Positions 1 to 9,388 of a stretch of 46,671 bases of DNA are shown here, piece after piece (positions within the stretch are counted from its first letter, which is position 1; the number at the start of each line of letters is the position of its first letter). Below the pieces are notes generated by a model, which was not told the DNA's origin, did not search any database, and worked only from the letters and a program-made list of their open reading frames with translations. Source of the stretch: Promethearchaeati archaeon (lineage in GTDB: Archaea; Asgardarchaeota; Heimdallarchaeia; Heimdallarchaeales; Heimdallarchaeaceae); assembly GCA_013166775.1 (NCBI GenBank), contig JABLTJ010000028.1:1-46671 (forward strand), given 5' to 3'. A program made the translations under genes and the position numbers.

Positions 1-123
1 ACAGAGCTTTCAAAGATTAAATACTATTGAGCACTTAAATTGATTGTGTAACATCTTAAATAAACTTGAAAAAACGGTTTGTGGATACTCTTTTTTCTTG
101 TCTTTCTTTATTAATCAATATTC

Positions 124-130
124 TTATAAA
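124..130 (+). promoter_or_regulatory. Candidate archaeal TATA box (TTATAAA) for a probably leaderless transcript of the CBS/HPF-like gene
   Basis: TTATAAA lies 22-28 nt upstream of the ATG at 152, and no SD motif precedes that ATG. Confidence 0.45.
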
Positions 131-151
131 TTTGTAATTTGAGCGCTAGTT

Positions 152-1318
152 ATGAGTGAAGAATATTCATCTATTTTATCTGATTATGAATCTGTAAAAG
201 CTGACGAAAAATTATCCAAAGTTATTAAAGTTCTTAAGAAGAAGCGAGAGATTTTAGTTTTTGATGAAAGAGAGGTTTTCCTTGGTTATCTTACTCAACG
301 CTATCTAACCAGGCAATCCAGAATACAAGCTGATACCAAGGTATCGAATCTCATGAAAAAGGTTACAACAGTGAGTCAAAATAGTTCATTGGATTCAGTT
401 GCTAGTGTAATTTTATCTACTAAAATTCAATCTGCTCCTGTTGAAGAAGACGGAAAAATAATTGGAGTTTTCAAAGACATTGACGTGATTAGATTATCTG
501 CTGAACTCTTTAAGGATCAGAAAGTTAGAGAGGTAATGACTCGAAATCCAATTTGTGTAACCCCTGATACACCAGTTTCAAGGTTAATAGCAATTTCAAG
601 AACCAACAATATTTCCAGAAGTCCAGTAATTGACGAATCAAACAAACTAATTGGAATAGTGAGTCCTCATGATGTTTCCGAATTGTTGCTCACAAAGCTA
701 CCAGGTCAAACTAGAGGTGATAGAGCTGCTGCTCAAATCGATATATTATCCTCACCTGTTAGTGAAATCATGACAAAAAACGTTGTTGTTTGCAAAGGAG
801 ATGAATTAGTCTTAGAAACAATAAGCAAGCTCTATAAAACAGATCATAAAGCTCTTGTTGTTATAGATAACGACAACCACCCTATTGGAATTCTTACAAC
901 AACCGATTTACTTGAAACAGTTAGCAAACCACCTCAGGAAGAAGGATACTATGTTCGAGTAATTGGAGATGTGGATGATGCTGATATGGATTCAGTTATT
1001 GAGATGGGAGTAGATCTTGTAAAGAAATTTGCTAGCGTAATTGGTACATCTGGACTGCTATATATCCACTCAAAAGCTGTCCCCAAGAAGAAATTCAGAG
1101 GTTTTATATTATATCAAATAAGATTGAGGGTTTCAACAGATAAAGGTAATACCTATGTTGCCCATTCTGAAGGTTATGGTGTTTTCAGTGCTTTAGCTGT
1201 TGCAGTAGATAGAATGGAAAGAGAAATTATTACTGAACGCGAACTAGAAATTCAACAAATTCAATCTTCAGAAAGTGAGAGATACATTTTAGAAGATCTA
1301 GAAGAATTGGATCTTTAA
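152..1318 (+). CDS. Four-CBS-domain protein with C-terminal HPF/RaiA-like domain; putative archaeal ribosome hibernation factor (Hib-type architecture)
   Basis: Repeated CBS motifs (VSNLMKKVTTV, VREVMTRNPICV, VSEIMTKNVVV, PVIDESNKLIGIVS, HPIGILTTTDLL). The last ~120 aa have an HPF-like beta-alpha-beta-beta-beta-alpha pattern ending AHSEGYGVFSALAVAVDRMEREI. Confidence 0.75.
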   Translation: MSEEYSSILSDYESVKADEKLSKVIKVLKKKREILVFDEREVFLGYLTQRYLTRQSRIQADTKVSNLMKKVTTVSQNSSLDSVASVILSTKIQSAPVEEDGKIIGVFKDIDVIRLSAELFKDQKVREVMTRNPICVTPDTPVSRLIAISRTNNISRSPVIDESNKLIGIVSPHDVSELLLTKLPGQTRGDRAAAQIDILSSPVSEIMTKNVVVCKGDELVLETISKLYKTDHKALVVIDNDNHPIGILTTTDLLETVSKPPQEEGYYVRVIGDVDDADMDSVIEMGVDLVKKFASVIGTSGLLYIHSKAVPKKKFRGFILYQIRLRVSTDKGNTYVAHSEGYGVFSALAVAVDRMEREIITERELEIQQIQSSESERYILEDLEELDL

Positions 1319-1320
1319 TC

Positions 1321-1338
1321 CTCTCTTTTTTCCTTTTT
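1321..1338 (+). terminator. Pyrimidine/T-tract archaeal terminator candidate
   Basis: CTCTCTTTTTTCCTTTTT immediately follows the stop codon at 1318. Confidence 0.5.
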
Positions 1339-1411
1339 CGATTTATTAATTGCATTTCTAAATTTCCGCTGTCATTCCGTTATTCTTTTTAATACCTCCT
1401 TAAGCTGATTT

Positions 1412-2470
1412 TTGATGAGTGAAGAACCTACTAGAAAACGAAGACGTAATTTTGCTATGTTAAATAGGGAAGTCATAAAACCTGGTTATTGTGTTTCATG
1501 CGGTGGTTGTGAAGCTGTATGTCCTGTTTATGCTATATCAATGGAACAATTGGTTCCCAAGCTTGTTAGTGGTTGTATTAATTGTGGTGCTTGTATAGAT
1601 ATCTGTTTAAGATACAAACAAAGAGTTGAACAACCAGAATATCCTCAAAATGAAATTGGTGAGATTCTCGAGTTATATACTGGTAGAACAAAACTAGAAG
1701 ATATACATGCAAGATCACAAAATGGAGGAATTGTAACAACTTTATTAGTAACAGCAATGAAGAAGAATGAAATAGATGGTGCAATTGTAACAACACATGT
1801 TAGTGATCTCCTAGGACCAGTACCTACTTTAGCATTGAATGAATTAGAAATTCTGAAAGCAGCAAAATCAAAATACACTCTGAATCCAGTCCTAACAAAA
1901 TTACCTTCCATAAAATTAAGCCATAAAAGCAAGGTAGCTGTTGTAGGGTTACCATGTCATAATGAAACTCTTAGCAATATAATTGAGAAGAAAAACCTAG
2001 GTGCTGATTTTAGACATAAATATACAATTGGATTATTCTGTATGAGTAGCTATGAACCTACTGCTTTTCGTGATATCATTTCCCAAAACCTTGGCCTTAG
2101 TATAGCTAATTTAACAAAAACAGATTGCGCTCGTGGAAAATTCTTCTTTGAATCTCCTGATGGCGTTACAGATATTAAAATCAAGGAATGTGGTGGAGCT
2201 AAAGCTAAAGGTTGTAAATATTGTATGGATTTTGCTGCAGAATTTGCAGATATCTCAATTGGTAATATCGGTGTGGGTGATGATAGTAACATAATCATAG
2301 TTCGAAATAAAGAAGGTAAAGAATTACTTGAACTAGCAATAAAAGATAATTTGCTTGATGTTGAAAAAATCCCAGAAGAAAAATGGCCAGAAAAACTTGC
2401 TGCAGCTATAAAATTATCTAATTCCAAAAGAAAAGGTAATGAATCAGTTCCTCCAATTGAAACTAAATAA
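1412..2470 (+). CDS. Coenzyme F420 hydrogenase/dehydrogenase beta-subunit family protein (FrhB/FdhB/FpoF-like) with N-terminal 2x[4Fe-4S] ferredoxin domain
   Basis: Ferredoxin motifs CVSCGGCEAVCP and CINCGACIDIC. FrhB hallmarks SQNGGIVTTLL, AAKSKY, VGLPCH, IGLFC, GCKYCMDFAAEFADISIG. The start may be the ATG at 1415. Confidence 0.88.
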   Translation: MMSEEPTRKRRRNFAMLNREVIKPGYCVSCGGCEAVCPVYAISMEQLVPKLVSGCINCGACIDICLRYKQRVEQPEYPQNEIGEILELYTGRTKLEDIHARSQNGGIVTTLLVTAMKKNEIDGAIVTTHVSDLLGPVPTLALNELEILKAAKSKYTLNPVLTKLPSIKLSHKSKVAVVGLPCHNETLSNIIEKKNLGADFRHKYTIGLFCMSSYEPTAFRDIISQNLGLSIANLTKTDCARGKFFFESPDGVTDIKIKECGGAKAKGCKYCMDFAAEFADISIGNIGVGDDSNIIIVRNKEGKELLELAIKDNLLDVEKIPEEKWPEKLAAAIKLSNSKRKGNESVPPIETK

Positions 2471-2505
2471 TTATATTGTTATCACTTCTGTAAGAAGTGT
2501 GAATC

Positions 2506-3255
2506 ATGAACAGTGTAGAATTAATCCCATTAGTTCTTCCCATAATTAATAGTGGGGACGATATCGGTCTGCAGATAATAGATTCGATAAATGAAATAGG
2601 ATACGAAGTTTGTGAGGGGGATATCTTTGTCATAGCCCATACAATTATTTCTAGAGCTGAAGATAGAGAATTTTACATTCCGTCACTATCTCCCTCGCCA
2701 ACTGCTGAAATTATAGCAAGAAAAACTGGCAAGGATGCTTCTTTAGTAGAATTAATCCTAAGGGAAGCATCACAGATTATTAAGGTTCAAAATAATATAA
2801 TTATAACAAAAACAGTTCATGGATGGATATGTGCAAACTCAGCTGTTGATCAGTCAAATGCTCAACCTAACTGTGCTGTTACTCTCCCAATTGATTCTAA
2901 CAAATCCGCAGAAATAATTGGTAAGAAACTGAGTATCCATTTTGATAAAAATATCTCTGTTATAATATCTGATACTCATGGAAGAGCATTACGAAGAGGA
3001 GCTATTAATGTAGCTATTGGGAGTTATAATTTTTCCGTGCTAGATAATGTCGTAGGAAGAGAAGATATTTTTGGTTATGAGTTGAAATCTACAATGATAG
3101 CTCTAGCTGATGAAGTGTGTTCAGCTGCAGAACTTGTAATGGGGCAGGCGGATGAAATGACCCCCGTTATAATAATAAAGGGACTAGAACAAAGATCACC
3201 AGTAAGCAATATTGAGGAATTGCAATTTGATGATGCTAGAAGGTTATTCAAATAA
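2506..3255 (+). CDS. cofE: Coenzyme F420-0:L-glutamate ligase
   Basis: Motifs LPIINSGDDI, HTIISRAE, CANSAVDQSN, IISDTHGRALRRG, GREDIFGYEL, ADEVCSAAELVMGQADEMTPVIIIKG. Confidence 0.93.
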   Translation: MNSVELIPLVLPIINSGDDIGLQIIDSINEIGYEVCEGDIFVIAHTIISRAEDREFYIPSLSPSPTAEIIARKTGKDASLVELILREASQIIKVQNNIIITKTVHGWICANSAVDQSNAQPNCAVTLPIDSNKSAEIIGKKLSIHFDKNISVIISDTHGRALRRGAINVAIGSYNFSVLDNVVGREDIFGYELKSTMIALADEVCSAAELVMGQADEMTPVIIIKGLEQRSPVSNIEELQFDDARRLFK

Positions 3256-3312
3256 AACTATCAACAAACTTATTATAATCCCAATTTCAATATCAAATAG
3301 TCAACTACTCCA

Positions 3313-4068
3313 ATGTCTGAAGACTTGGAAGGCTGCACAAGGTGTATTCTCTTGTTCAAAGGATTAAAGAAATCTTATGCGGAAAAAGCAAATGAGCATT
3401 TGGGAAAAGCTCGTTTGGCTGCTCAGAAGAAGCAATATAGAGACGCAGCAGAATGTGCAGAAAAAGCAATTGAAGTCTTAAAAGACGATAGCAATAGAAA
3501 ACAGATGGATATAGCTCGAGCTTTATATAATGAGTTTTTGGGTTTGGATTCAATCAAATATGATAAGGCTTTAGAGGCTGCGAATTATTTGGGAAGATCA
3601 GGTGGATATTACCATAGACTTGGAATGGTATCTGAATACCAAAGAGTTTTCGAAAAACAAGCTAAAATCCTCCGGGTTATTGCAAGAACATATATGCTGG
3701 AAAAAAAATTTGTAGATGCAGCTTCCTATTTTGAAAGAGCAGCTATGGCGTACCAACGGCTAAAAAATAAACCAGAAGAACTGGATTGTAAAGCTAAGTC
3801 ATATATTTCTCGAGCTGCTGCAGAAAAAAATATTTCTGGAAGAAAACTGTATCTTAAGAAAGCAGTGGAACTAATAGAAGAAAAAGGATCCGAAGAACCA
3901 ATTATTAAAGCACACCTAGCTTACTATAACGCTCTTTTTGTTGAAGATGAAAAACCTTCTCTCGCGTTAAAATACTATTCCGAAGCTTTACAGAATTATC
4001 AGTTAGCAGGATCAAAAACAAGAATTGAGGAAATAAAAGAAAAGATGCGTATGCTAACTGATAAATAA
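3313..4068 (+). CDS. All-helical TPR-like (alpha-SNAP-like) repeat protein
   Basis: Repeated helical units with Ala/Tyr spacing (YRDAAECAEKA, EAANYLGRSGGYYHRLG, FVDAASYFERAAMAYQRL, ALKYYSEALQNYQLAG) and an N-terminal CxxC. Confidence 0.65.
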   Translation: MSEDLEGCTRCILLFKGLKKSYAEKANEHLGKARLAAQKKQYRDAAECAEKAIEVLKDDSNRKQMDIARALYNEFLGLDSIKYDKALEAANYLGRSGGYYHRLGMVSEYQRVFEKQAKILRVIARTYMLEKKFVDAASYFERAAMAYQRLKNKPEELDCKAKSYISRAAAEKNISGRKLYLKKAVELIEEKGSEEPIIKAHLAYYNALFVEDEKPSLALKYYSEALQNYQLAGSKTRIEEIKEKMRMLTDK

Positions 4069-4177
4069 AATCTGCATTTAGAATATAATTTATTTTCCTT
4101 TTACCCTAGGTCAATAAATAAACATTTAAAAGAATTCAAAAGCTAACGATTGTTAATAGTAGATTGGAGGTTAATGT

Positions 4178-4438
4178 TTGGTAAATATTCTTCAAGCTCT
4201 TAAAGTCTCAATCCTGTTTTTGTTTCTAGGAATAATTCCATTACTAGTATCAGTGCTTTCCATACTTGCTATAAATGCTTTAAGTTTAGATCCTAATGGA
4301 GGATTGAATTTGGGTTTTATTGTATTGGGTGGATCCCCCTATATATGGATAATAGCAACAGCGGGAGGATTTATTATATTCTTTGTAGGGCTATTCAAAG
4401 CAATTGGGGATATTACAGAAGCTGCATTGATTGAGTAA
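4178..4438 (+). CDS. Small two-TM membrane protein, unknown function
   Basis: GGAGG SD upstream of a TTG start; two long hydrophobic segments; fills the intergenic gap cleanly. Confidence 0.7.
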   Translation: MVNILQALKVSILFLFLGIIPLLVSVLSILAINALSLDPNGGLNLGFIVLGGSPYIWIIATAGGFIIFFVGLFKAIGDITEAALIE

Positions 4439-4622
4439 TAAATAGAAAAATTTCTATTTTTATCCTCATTTTTTAGATAACATGATGTAAATTTCTTGAG
4501 AACACATTTTTCTACCAGATTTTCATGATACCCACAATGATTTTAAGTGTATAAAACAAAGAAAACAAAATAAACGACTATTTAACAAAGAAATGGAATA
4601 TCTGTCTTTAGAGTAGTGAAAA

Positions 4623-6338
4623 ATGATTCAATCTTCTCAAGCTAAGGAAAAAAGAGAGTCAACATCCATAATTTTAGCAAGCGAATCATTTTACAAGAAC
4701 ATTCTAAGTTTCTCTACTTTAGCAAAAATTCTTTCTTTAGGTATTCTTGGAATAATTGTTTATTTTCTTTTAACGTATGTCGAGAGATTTGTTAACTCCG
4801 ATTATTTTCCAATTATGATTGTGCTAATCATTGTAATGCAGTTTATTCTTTGGTTATCGGTTGTTTATACTTTCTTTTCCATTACTGCAACAAAATTAGA
4901 ACTTACTGTAGTAAAGAAAGTTTTCACTCTCTTATTAATTATGGGAGCTTTAACAGCATATTTTGCCGTTGTAATAAATAATAAAGCACTTATTTTTGCA
5001 TCAGTTGTTTCAAGTTTTTTGGAGCAGTTTGGAATTGTAACAAATACAATCCCCTATGTTCAATTTAATTTCTATGTCTTTATTATACCAATTCTAGAAG
5101 AAGTAGCAAAAATCTTTCCCATAATCATTCTGTTGGGAAATTATACTCAATTCATATTTGAGAAAGAACGTATTCAAACTAGAGTAACCCCCTCTCTGAG
5201 AACTTTTGTCCTCTATGGCGCATTTTTTGGTGTTTGGTTTGATCTCTTTGAACAGTTTTTCCAATATTCAAATTTATTAACGGATAATGTCTCATCTCAA
5301 TCTATAGTTAATAGCTTGATATATTCTAGAAGTGTATATCCTCTTCATTGTGTTACAACAATGATAGCTTCCTTAGGTTTGGGGATTGTTTTCATTAATA
5401 GGAGAAAATTACGAAAAAGAATTCAAGTTTTCTTATTCAGTACTTTCATACTTTTAGCCGCTTGTCTTCATGGTTTGTGGAATTATTATTCCATTTCTCT
5501 GTTAGATCCTTCAACTCAATTTGCTGCTTTGACAACAATAGGTATCATTTCTATTGGTATTTTTGCTGTCTTCGTGATGTTCTTATTATTGTATAAACCG
5601 AAATTATGTAGTTCGTGCTATACAGAACATGCTTCAGGTAACTGTGTTGAGGTAGATTATAATTTGGAAGAAATTTCAAAAAACCTTTCAAAAAAACGCA
5701 AGATTACTCCCCTCTTACAAAATTCTCACGATATGATTTTATGTTCACAATGCCAAAATAAAACATTTAATGGCTACTTTTGCATGAATTGTTGGTCTTT
5801 TCCAAAACTCCAGTGTAACAACTGTAATCAAGTTTTACCTTCGTATACAAGAATCTGTTGGTCATGTGGTACAGAAGTTCCAACACTTTATGCTAAGATG
5901 ACAACTTCTTCTCCAACGTTTTTTGTTAACTTATCTGTTGGTCTTACAAGAATTCTAGGCGCAGGGATGTTTATTAGTTTCATATTTGCTTTCGCTACAT
6001 TGAGGAAAACCATATTTTCTATAGGGTCTCTATCCTCAATGGGTTATATTATCCTCCTATTAGGGATAATTCTATCACTTTTAGTAACAATAGTTTGGTA
6101 TGCTTACAGAGATAGTAAAGTTAAATCAATGATCAGTTCAATGAACTTAATCTCTATAGCTGCCATCTCTATCATAATTACAGGTTTATATCTTTCTGTT
6201 TTTGCTTTCCTCATGATAATTACTGTTGCACAAATTGTTATGGGTTTTATCGGATTAACTTGTATTTTGTTGATTATTACAGTATCTGTGATTTATCTAT
6301 TGAAAATAGTAAAGGGGGCTAGATTAATTATAATATAG
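4623..6338 (+). CDS. PrsW-family glutamic-type intramembrane metalloprotease with inserted zinc-ribbon domains
   Basis: All four PrsW motifs: EExxK (ILEEVAK), FxxxE (FDLFEQ), His (PLHCVTT), HxxxN (LHGLWN). Cys clusters CSSC..H..C, CSQC..CMNC, CNNC..CWSC. Many TM helices. Confidence 0.85.
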   Translation: MIQSSQAKEKRESTSIILASESFYKNILSFSTLAKILSLGILGIIVYFLLTYVERFVNSDYFPIMIVLIIVMQFILWLSVVYTFFSITATKLELTVVKKVFTLLLIMGALTAYFAVVINNKALIFASVVSSFLEQFGIVTNTIPYVQFNFYVFIIPILEEVAKIFPIIILLGNYTQFIFEKERIQTRVTPSLRTFVLYGAFFGVWFDLFEQFFQYSNLLTDNVSSQSIVNSLIYSRSVYPLHCVTTMIASLGLGIVFINRRKLRKRIQVFLFSTFILLAACLHGLWNYYSISLLDPSTQFAALTTIGIISIGIFAVFVMFLLLYKPKLCSSCYTEHASGNCVEVDYNLEEISKNLSKKRKITPLLQNSHDMILCSQCQNKTFNGYFCMNCWSFPKLQCNNCNQVLPSYTRICWSCGTEVPTLYAKMTTSSPTFFVNLSVGLTRILGAGMFISFIFAFATLRKTIFSIGSLSSMGYIILLLGIILSLLVTIVWYAYRDSKVKSMISSMNLISIAAISIIITGLYLSVFAFLMIITVAQIVMGFIGLTCILLIITVSVIYLLKIVKGARLIII

Positions 6339-6346
6339 GTGATTAA

Positions 6347-7342
6347 ATGGAGAGGCATGAATATATACCACCAAAACCTGATAAAGCAAAAGAAGAACCC
6401 CCATTTAAAATAAGTTATAGACAAATGTTATACAGGCTCTTCTTTCCTCATCTTAAGAATAGGGGAAAAAGAGAATATTTCGGAGTTCTTGTCCTTAGAT
6501 CTTCAATATATCTTGCTATAGGTTATGCTCTGTCAATTCTGTTTGGGATAATAGTATATTTCATATCAGAGTTGAGTGAAATATCATATCTAATATGGTC
6601 ACCAGATCAGATTCTGGTTTTACCATTTGCATTGGTTTTCATGGAAGATGCTATGCTTGGTGAAGATACAGCTCTTTCTTTTGTTACATATTATATTGTA
6701 GTAATTATCATACCGTTTTTAGTAGCAGGTGTGATTTCAGGAATTTTCTGGAGAAATGAAGCTAGGGACTTGATACTAAGTTCTTCGATAATAATATTCA
6801 TTCTTTTCATTCTGCTTCATGCTTCTCAAGAATTACTTTTTACATATTTTTCAAATGCTATGTTAGCAGTGCTAACAAGCTTTGTCTATTTTGCATTTGT
6901 AGTGCTGTACGGAGTAACTTTTATGATTTTTAGTGCTGTTGGGGGTTATATCGGTGTCCTATTTGGAAATTTACTAACAAACATTGTGTTTACAAAGAGG
7001 GGTGCTAAAGTAGCCTATTCTCATCTTATCATGCCACAGATGCCTTTAACTGTGAAAACAATTTTCGATTTAGCACCTCCAGTAAAAAAGGAAGATGCTC
7101 GCTACAGTACCATGTCTTTGATCTATTTAAATAGAAGAATCAAAAGAAATTTGCGACTTTCCCGTCTTAAAACTTGCCCTTATTTTGAAGAAAACCAATG
7201 TGCCTATCTTGGATATATAACTTCATCTCACAAATATCAAATATGTGTAACTGATTATTGGACCTTGTGCAAAATATATGCATTTCTTAGTCAGAGCAAG
7301 AAAATAATTGAAGAAACTGAGGAAGGTGAAAAAGTTGGCTAG
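6347..7342 (+). CDS. Polytopic membrane protein with C-terminal four-Cys putative metal-binding domain
   Basis: GGTGA SD; about 5 hydrophobic segments; C-terminal CPYF..QC..QIC..LCKIY. Confidence 0.7.
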   Translation: MERHEYIPPKPDKAKEEPPFKISYRQMLYRLFFPHLKNRGKREYFGVLVLRSSIYLAIGYALSILFGIIVYFISELSEISYLIWSPDQILVLPFALVFMEDAMLGEDTALSFVTYYIVVIIIPFLVAGVISGIFWRNEARDLILSSSIIIFILFILLHASQELLFTYFSNAMLAVLTSFVYFAFVVLYGVTFMIFSAVGGYIGVLFGNLLTNIVFTKRGAKVAYSHLIMPQMPLTVKTIFDLAPPVKKEDARYSTMSLIYLNRRIKRNLRLSRLKTCPYFEENQCAYLGYITSSHKYQICVTDYWTLCKIYAFLSQSKKIIEETEEGEKVG

Positions 7343-8105
7343 AGGAATCTGGAAATATGTTAATTTCAAGACTCTGATTATTATCATATGTATACTCATA
7401 TTCATTTTAATTAATAGTATACAAGAAGATTATGTTGGTTTGGATGAAGTTTCTGACACTACTTTAATTACAACTAATACGGGAACAACACCTCCAACTC
7501 AACCAACATATCCAACTGATCCAACAGGTCCAAGTTTTCCAACTGATACTTTTAGTCAACCAGAAAACGGAATAGATACAAGTGGAAACCCATTTATTCC
7601 GGCACAGATAATTCCCGCTATAATAGCAGTATTAGTTGGCATCTTGCTTGTAATGCTATTTTTACGTAGAAAAAAAGCAATTTCAGATTATGTATCTCAT
7701 ACTCCTACTTCCCAAGGCGTGCTCAAATCAAGACGAGAAAAATTCAGAACAGAAATTAAAACACTTGTTGAGATACTAAAAGAATACTTGATGCAAGAAA
7801 AGTATAATGAGGGTATAATCTATGGTTTTCATCAACTAGATAAAAACATGAAAAGAATTCTGGGAATACGAAGAGAATCCCATCTTACTCCAAAAGAATT
7901 CTCCAATTCTTTAGATTTACCAGAAATTTTACCTTATTTAGACTTGATTATTGCAACCTTCTATATTGCACGATATAGAAATGAAGAGATGATTTATGAG
8001 AACTTGGAAAGTTTTATAGAAAATCTGCAGAAAATTAAGAACCTCAGTAAAGTAAAAGCAGACATCGAGATTATTGATAGAAAGGTTCAGGGGGATTTTA
8101 ATTGA
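7335..8105 (+). CDS. Membrane protein with Pro/Thr-rich linker and C-terminal DUF4129-like domain
   Basis: Two TM segments flank TTPPTQPTYPTDPTGP. C-terminal YNEGII..LTPKEF..FYIARY pattern. I moved the start from 7308 to the in-frame TTG at 7335 because AGGTGA precedes it. Confidence 0.75.
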   Translation: MARGIWKYVNFKTLIIIICILIFILINSIQEDYVGLDEVSDTTLITTNTGTTPPTQPTYPTDPTGPSFPTDTFSQPENGIDTSGNPFIPAQIIPAIIAVLVGILLVMLFLRRKKAISDYVSHTPTSQGVLKSRREKFRTEIKTLVEILKEYLMQEKYNEGIIYGFHQLDKNMKRILGIRRESHLTPKEFSNSLDLPEILPYLDLIIATFYIARYRNEEMIYENLESFIENLQKIKNLSKVKADIEIIDRKVQGDFN

Positions 8106-9388
8106 GTAAAATAAAGATTCTATTCAATCCTAAGTACCAACCTCTTTTCAAAATGTTAATTCAGTTACTTATAATTTTTATAATTGTCACATTACCTTTA
8201 ACCTTTAATTTTGCTCTATCTTCTCCACCCTATACTATAAACAATTCAAATCCAGGTGGCATGTCCTATTTCAACACTCTACTGGAACAAAATCAGTTCA
8301 ATACTACGAGAACTATTCTTTCAACTGATCCAATACAAGGTTTACCTGAAAACTCAATCTTAGTTATAAGTGGAGGTACTAAGAACTATAGATCATCAGA
8401 AAAATTCGTTATAGACTCTTTTGTTGCTAGAGGAGGATTATTGGTGTTACTAGCAAATGAAGGACCAACCTATGAACTTGCTGAATATTTTGGTGTTTTC
8501 ATTTCAGCCTCAAATATATTAGAAACACAATATTACTACAAATCTCCAGAAATTCTAGTGCTGGAATCACCATTTTATGAAAATGAATCCTTATGTTTTG
8601 TACAAGCTAAAGCAATTTTACAAGTTTCACAAAACGAACAGCAAACAGAATTGTTTGAGTTACGAACAGAAAACACAGCTTTTATTGATTCGAATAGCGA
8701 TAAGAAATGGAATGTAATTCATGAACCTCTTGGAAGATTAAAGGTAGGAACAGCATTTCAGAGAGGATTGGGGGCAGTTATTATTCTAACCTCACCAAGT
8801 TTTCTTACCAATGATTTGTATAGTGAAGGATTTGGTAATATTGACCTTGTATTTGATTTATTACGCTTATATTCTCCGGGAGCTGATAGATTAGTATGCT
8901 TTGAAGAAAGTCACAAAACATGGCCTTTTGCATCAACTGAAGGAATCATTAATCAATCATATGGAACATTAATTCTACTAACTAAAACACCGTTGTTCGT
9001 TTTTGTTATGGTTCTAATTGTACTAGTGCTTTTCTATTTGACACCGAGATTCAGAGAAATTGTAAAATCAAGTGAAACCTACAAGAAATTTCTAACAGAC
9101 AGAATTTGGAGTAGAAAAAGAGAACTCTATGATACTTTTGGATCACCAATAAAACCTACGGTAGAGGAACAATATTTGTCAAATTTATATTTCCAATATG
9201 AACTCTATCCTAAAGAATCTTATAGTTATTATCTTGAAGAAAAATTAAAATTCATATCAATAGATAAATTTTCAGAGAAAGAGAGAGAGCTATTTGAAAA
9301 TGCTCTAAATAAAAAATTAGATGGAAAGACCTTTCTTTCCCTTTTTCTTATGCTAGAAGAAATTCAGAAACGAGGTAAATTATCATGA
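8102..9388 (+). CDS. DUF4350-like membrane-anchored protein (operon A)
   Basis: N-terminal TM, then YTINNSNPGGMSYF, FVARGGLLVLL, GLGAVIILTSPSFLTND, VCFEESH and a second TM. Overlaps both neighbours by 4 nt. Confidence 0.78.
   Translation: MSKIKILFNPKYQPLFKMLIQLLIIFIIVTLPLTFNFALSSPPYTINNSNPGGMSYFNTLLEQNQFNTTRTILSTDPIQGLPENSILVISGGTKNYRSSEKFVIDSFVARGGLLVLLANEGPTYELAEYFGVFISASNILETQYYYKSPEILVLESPFYENESLCFVQAKAILQVSQNEQQTELFELRTENTAFIDSNSDKKWNVIHEPLGRLKVGTAFQRGLGAVIILTSPSFLTNDLYSEGFGNIDLVFDLLRLYSPGADRLVCFEESHKTWPFASTEGIINQSYGTLILLTKTPLFVFVMVLIVLVLFYLTPRFREIVKSSETYKKFLTDRIWSRKRELYDTFGSPIKPTVEEQYLSNLYFQYELYPKESYSYYLEEKLKFISIDKFSEKERELFENALNKKLDGKTFLSLFLMLEEIQKRGKLS

Noticed and set aside
1578-2427. 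Antisense ORFs 1578-1796, 1645-1932 and 2050-2427
   Set aside because: They lie wholly opposite the well-supported FrhB-like gene and have no motifs; shadow ORFs.
7470-7560. Repetitive CCAAC-rich DNA as a possible CRISPR or other DNA repeat
   Set aside because: Explained by the Pro/Thr-rich protein linker; no constant repeat-spacer structure.
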